Notes under the pieces: generated by a model | The model's input: the letters and a program-made list of their open reading frames with translations, nothing else | What the model was told of the DNA's origin: nothing | Database searches by the model: none | Position numbers and translations under genes: made by a program | Shown: positions 61,820-64,000 of the stretch, one piece after another | Layout: each line of letters opens with the position of its first letter | Numbering within the stretch: the first letter of the stretch is position 1 | Assembly (NCBI RefSeq): GCF_009914755.1 | Contig: NC_060930.1 | DNA length: 64,000 nt | Strand: one strand, 5' to 3' | Source: the human T2T-CHM13v2.0 reference genome, Homo sapiens

Positions 61820-62250
61820 AGCTCTCTCTGTTTGCATATAGAATTTTTTTCTTTTTTTACAAGAAAGCCAAACACATAATCATGTGCCTTTTAATTTTCC
61901 TTTAAACTACATGGCAGAGATATTAGAAGTCAATATTTAGAGATTTAATTCATATTACTTATTAGTTGCTTAACATTTGAATATCAAAATTTATTCAACT
62001 ATTCCCTATTCCTGGTCATTCAGGATGTTTCCAGTATTCTGCTATTACAAACAATGTCACGATAAATATCTTTGCACTTAAATTCTACCCACAGGAAAGA
62101 TTCTGAAATACTGCTGGGTCAAGGAGTAGATGTGTCTTCAGCAGCATCCTTTCTCCAAAGACAGTAACAAGTCACATTCTCAAAAGCAGTGCACGAGAGC
62201 ACTGTTTCCCCATGTTCTTGCCAGTGCTGGATGTTATAATAAGTGCTTTT
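61820..62250 (-). mobile_element. Ancient L1ME-type 3' fragment
   Basis: TTCCCTATTCCTGGTCATTCAGGATGTTTCCAG...GCTATTACAAACAATG. Confidence 0.55.
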
Positions 62251-62514
62251 AGAAGACTGTAACAAGAAAAGTAGTTTCTAACTTTAAAAAAACTACTCCT
62301 GGTTTTTTAAAAAATCCTTTAAATCTCTCTTAGGCTTGCCCACTGTCAAAAATGTATCTCCGATTAACTAATGGCCTGTGCTATAGAAATTCACTTGTCA
62401 GTTCCAAACGACCAACTTATAACACATTTTCTCTTAAAAATGCTGTTTAAGTAAAGGTTAGGTCATCCAGGCTAATGTACAACTACATTTTTAATTTAAA
62501 AAATGGTAAAACAG

Positions 62515-62812
62515 GGCCGGGCGCGGTGGCTCTCGCCTGTAATCCCAGCACTTTGGGAGGCCGAGGCGGGTGGATCACCAGGTCAAGAGTTTGAGACCAG
62601 CCTGACCAACATGGTGAAACCCCGTCTCTACTAAAAATACAAAAATAAGCCAGGCGTGGTGGTGTGTGCCTGCAATCCCAGCTACTCAGGAAGCTGAGAA
62701 TCACTTGAACCCAGAAGGCGGAGGTTGCAGTCACCTGAGATCGTGCCACTGCACTCCAGCCTGGGCAACAGAGTGAGACTCCGTCTCAAAAAAAAAAAAA
62801 AAAAAAAAAAAG
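62515..62812 (+). mobile_element. AluS SINE
   Basis: Alu dimer, poly-A, TSD GGTAAAACA. Confidence 0.95.
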
Positions 62813-64000
62813 GTAAAACAATAGCAACAATATTATCAATGTAAAACATATATTGACATTTTGTAGTCAATCTAGAATAAAAATTGAATATAGAACGGTG
62901 GAGCTATAAAAAGTATATTTAATAAACTGTAGGCATGTTTATATTAGAATCACACTTTCCAAATCACATCCTTCCCAACCATGCATTTACCTGCTGTTAG
63001 CATAGAGGGAACTGAGGACACCAGGACAGCCAGAAGAAATAGAACTAAGCAGGGGCGGAAGAGTTGGGGGGAATGTAAAATATATGTGTGGAGACCCAAA
63101 TGATAAGAAACGGAGTTGGGCTACCATTCATCTAAAAGCTTCTGTCTCCCAAACTCTCAGAAACAGCAGGAGATACATTCCCTTTCCCTTTTTCACTGTA
63201 CTTTTCCTTCTTTGTACCCCACCCCCACACACATACACAGAGACCCACCATATGCCCATTTGAGGTGAGATCAAATCAAACCTTTCATGCCTTCCACTGA
63301 TGCTCCTACTCTCTAGCTGTGTTAGAACTGATGCATGTAGCATCACATTCTCCTTTATTCACTCCTGATCCAGAGCACATGGGAAGGATCCAGATCCAGC
63401 ATACTCTCAAAATGCAGGCCATGGGGAGGGGTGATGGCTGAGGTGGTCAGTGGCCTAGATCTGCCTCCCCGGAGCCTGGATCTTATAGTTAACTAGGAAA
63501 CAGCCAGAGAGCAACACACTAATCCAAGAGCAGCAGCCAAATTTTCATCCAACTCTTCAAGGTGGGAAATATTTTAGTTCCATGTTATAATGCCGATTTA
63601 TATTAGTCTGAATATATTTCTTAAAGCCCCAGAACACTGATAGCCTGCTGCATGCAATGTACTATCACCAACATAATGCAAGGCCCTAAAATACAGAAAC
63701 ATCAATGGTAACACTGAAACCTCAGCATTCCTCTTATTGCATGTAAAGAATAACACTGATATCACTACTTCTGTCTTTGCTATTGCTTCACTTTTTCCAC
63801 TCATTTCTTCTAGATTCTTGCCCTTACTTTTCATTAACTTGGATATAGCCAGTGAAAGCAGCTTCTATACACCAGTAAGAAACAAAGGAGACTGAGCAAT
63901 GTGAAGAACTAATAATCAGGAGACCTTAGTTTAGAGCTTGCTTTTTCCTTTACTGACCCTCCTTTTCTGGACTTTAGTTTTCTTGAGGATAAAATGAAAT

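Overview
This is primate (very probably human or great-ape) nuclear DNA. It is AT-rich, CpG-depleted and dominated by interspersed repeats: about 29 Alu/FLAM copies, a full-length but inactivated L1PA3/4-type LINE-1, two 5'-truncated young L1s, an SVA, a full-length Tigger1 inside a probable HAL1, two TSD-flanked MLT1 LTRs, hAT MERs, and old L1M, L2 and MIR fragments. I recognise no host protein-coding exon with confidence; the long ORFs are L1 ORF1/ORF2 pieces and the rest look like Alu/SVA or chance frames. Repeat orientation suggests a large intron of a minus-strand gene, which I could not name. I cannot support a wholly new biological system. The best leads are: (1) two L1s inserted sequentially at the same endonuclease site, leaving three copies of the target site, with a 15-nt 3'-transduction tag and shared non-consensus variants; (2) a 74-nt near-perfect hairpin in apparently unique DNA with template-switch-like scars (57229-57302); (3) a locally duplicated 37-bp MIR piece forming a splice-site-flanked 24-nt micro-exon downstream of the L1 antisense promoter; (4) a CpG-retaining patch with a candidate minus-strand exon (51566-51622). 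Subfamily calls come from remembered consensus sequences, and boundaries of old repeats are approximate.
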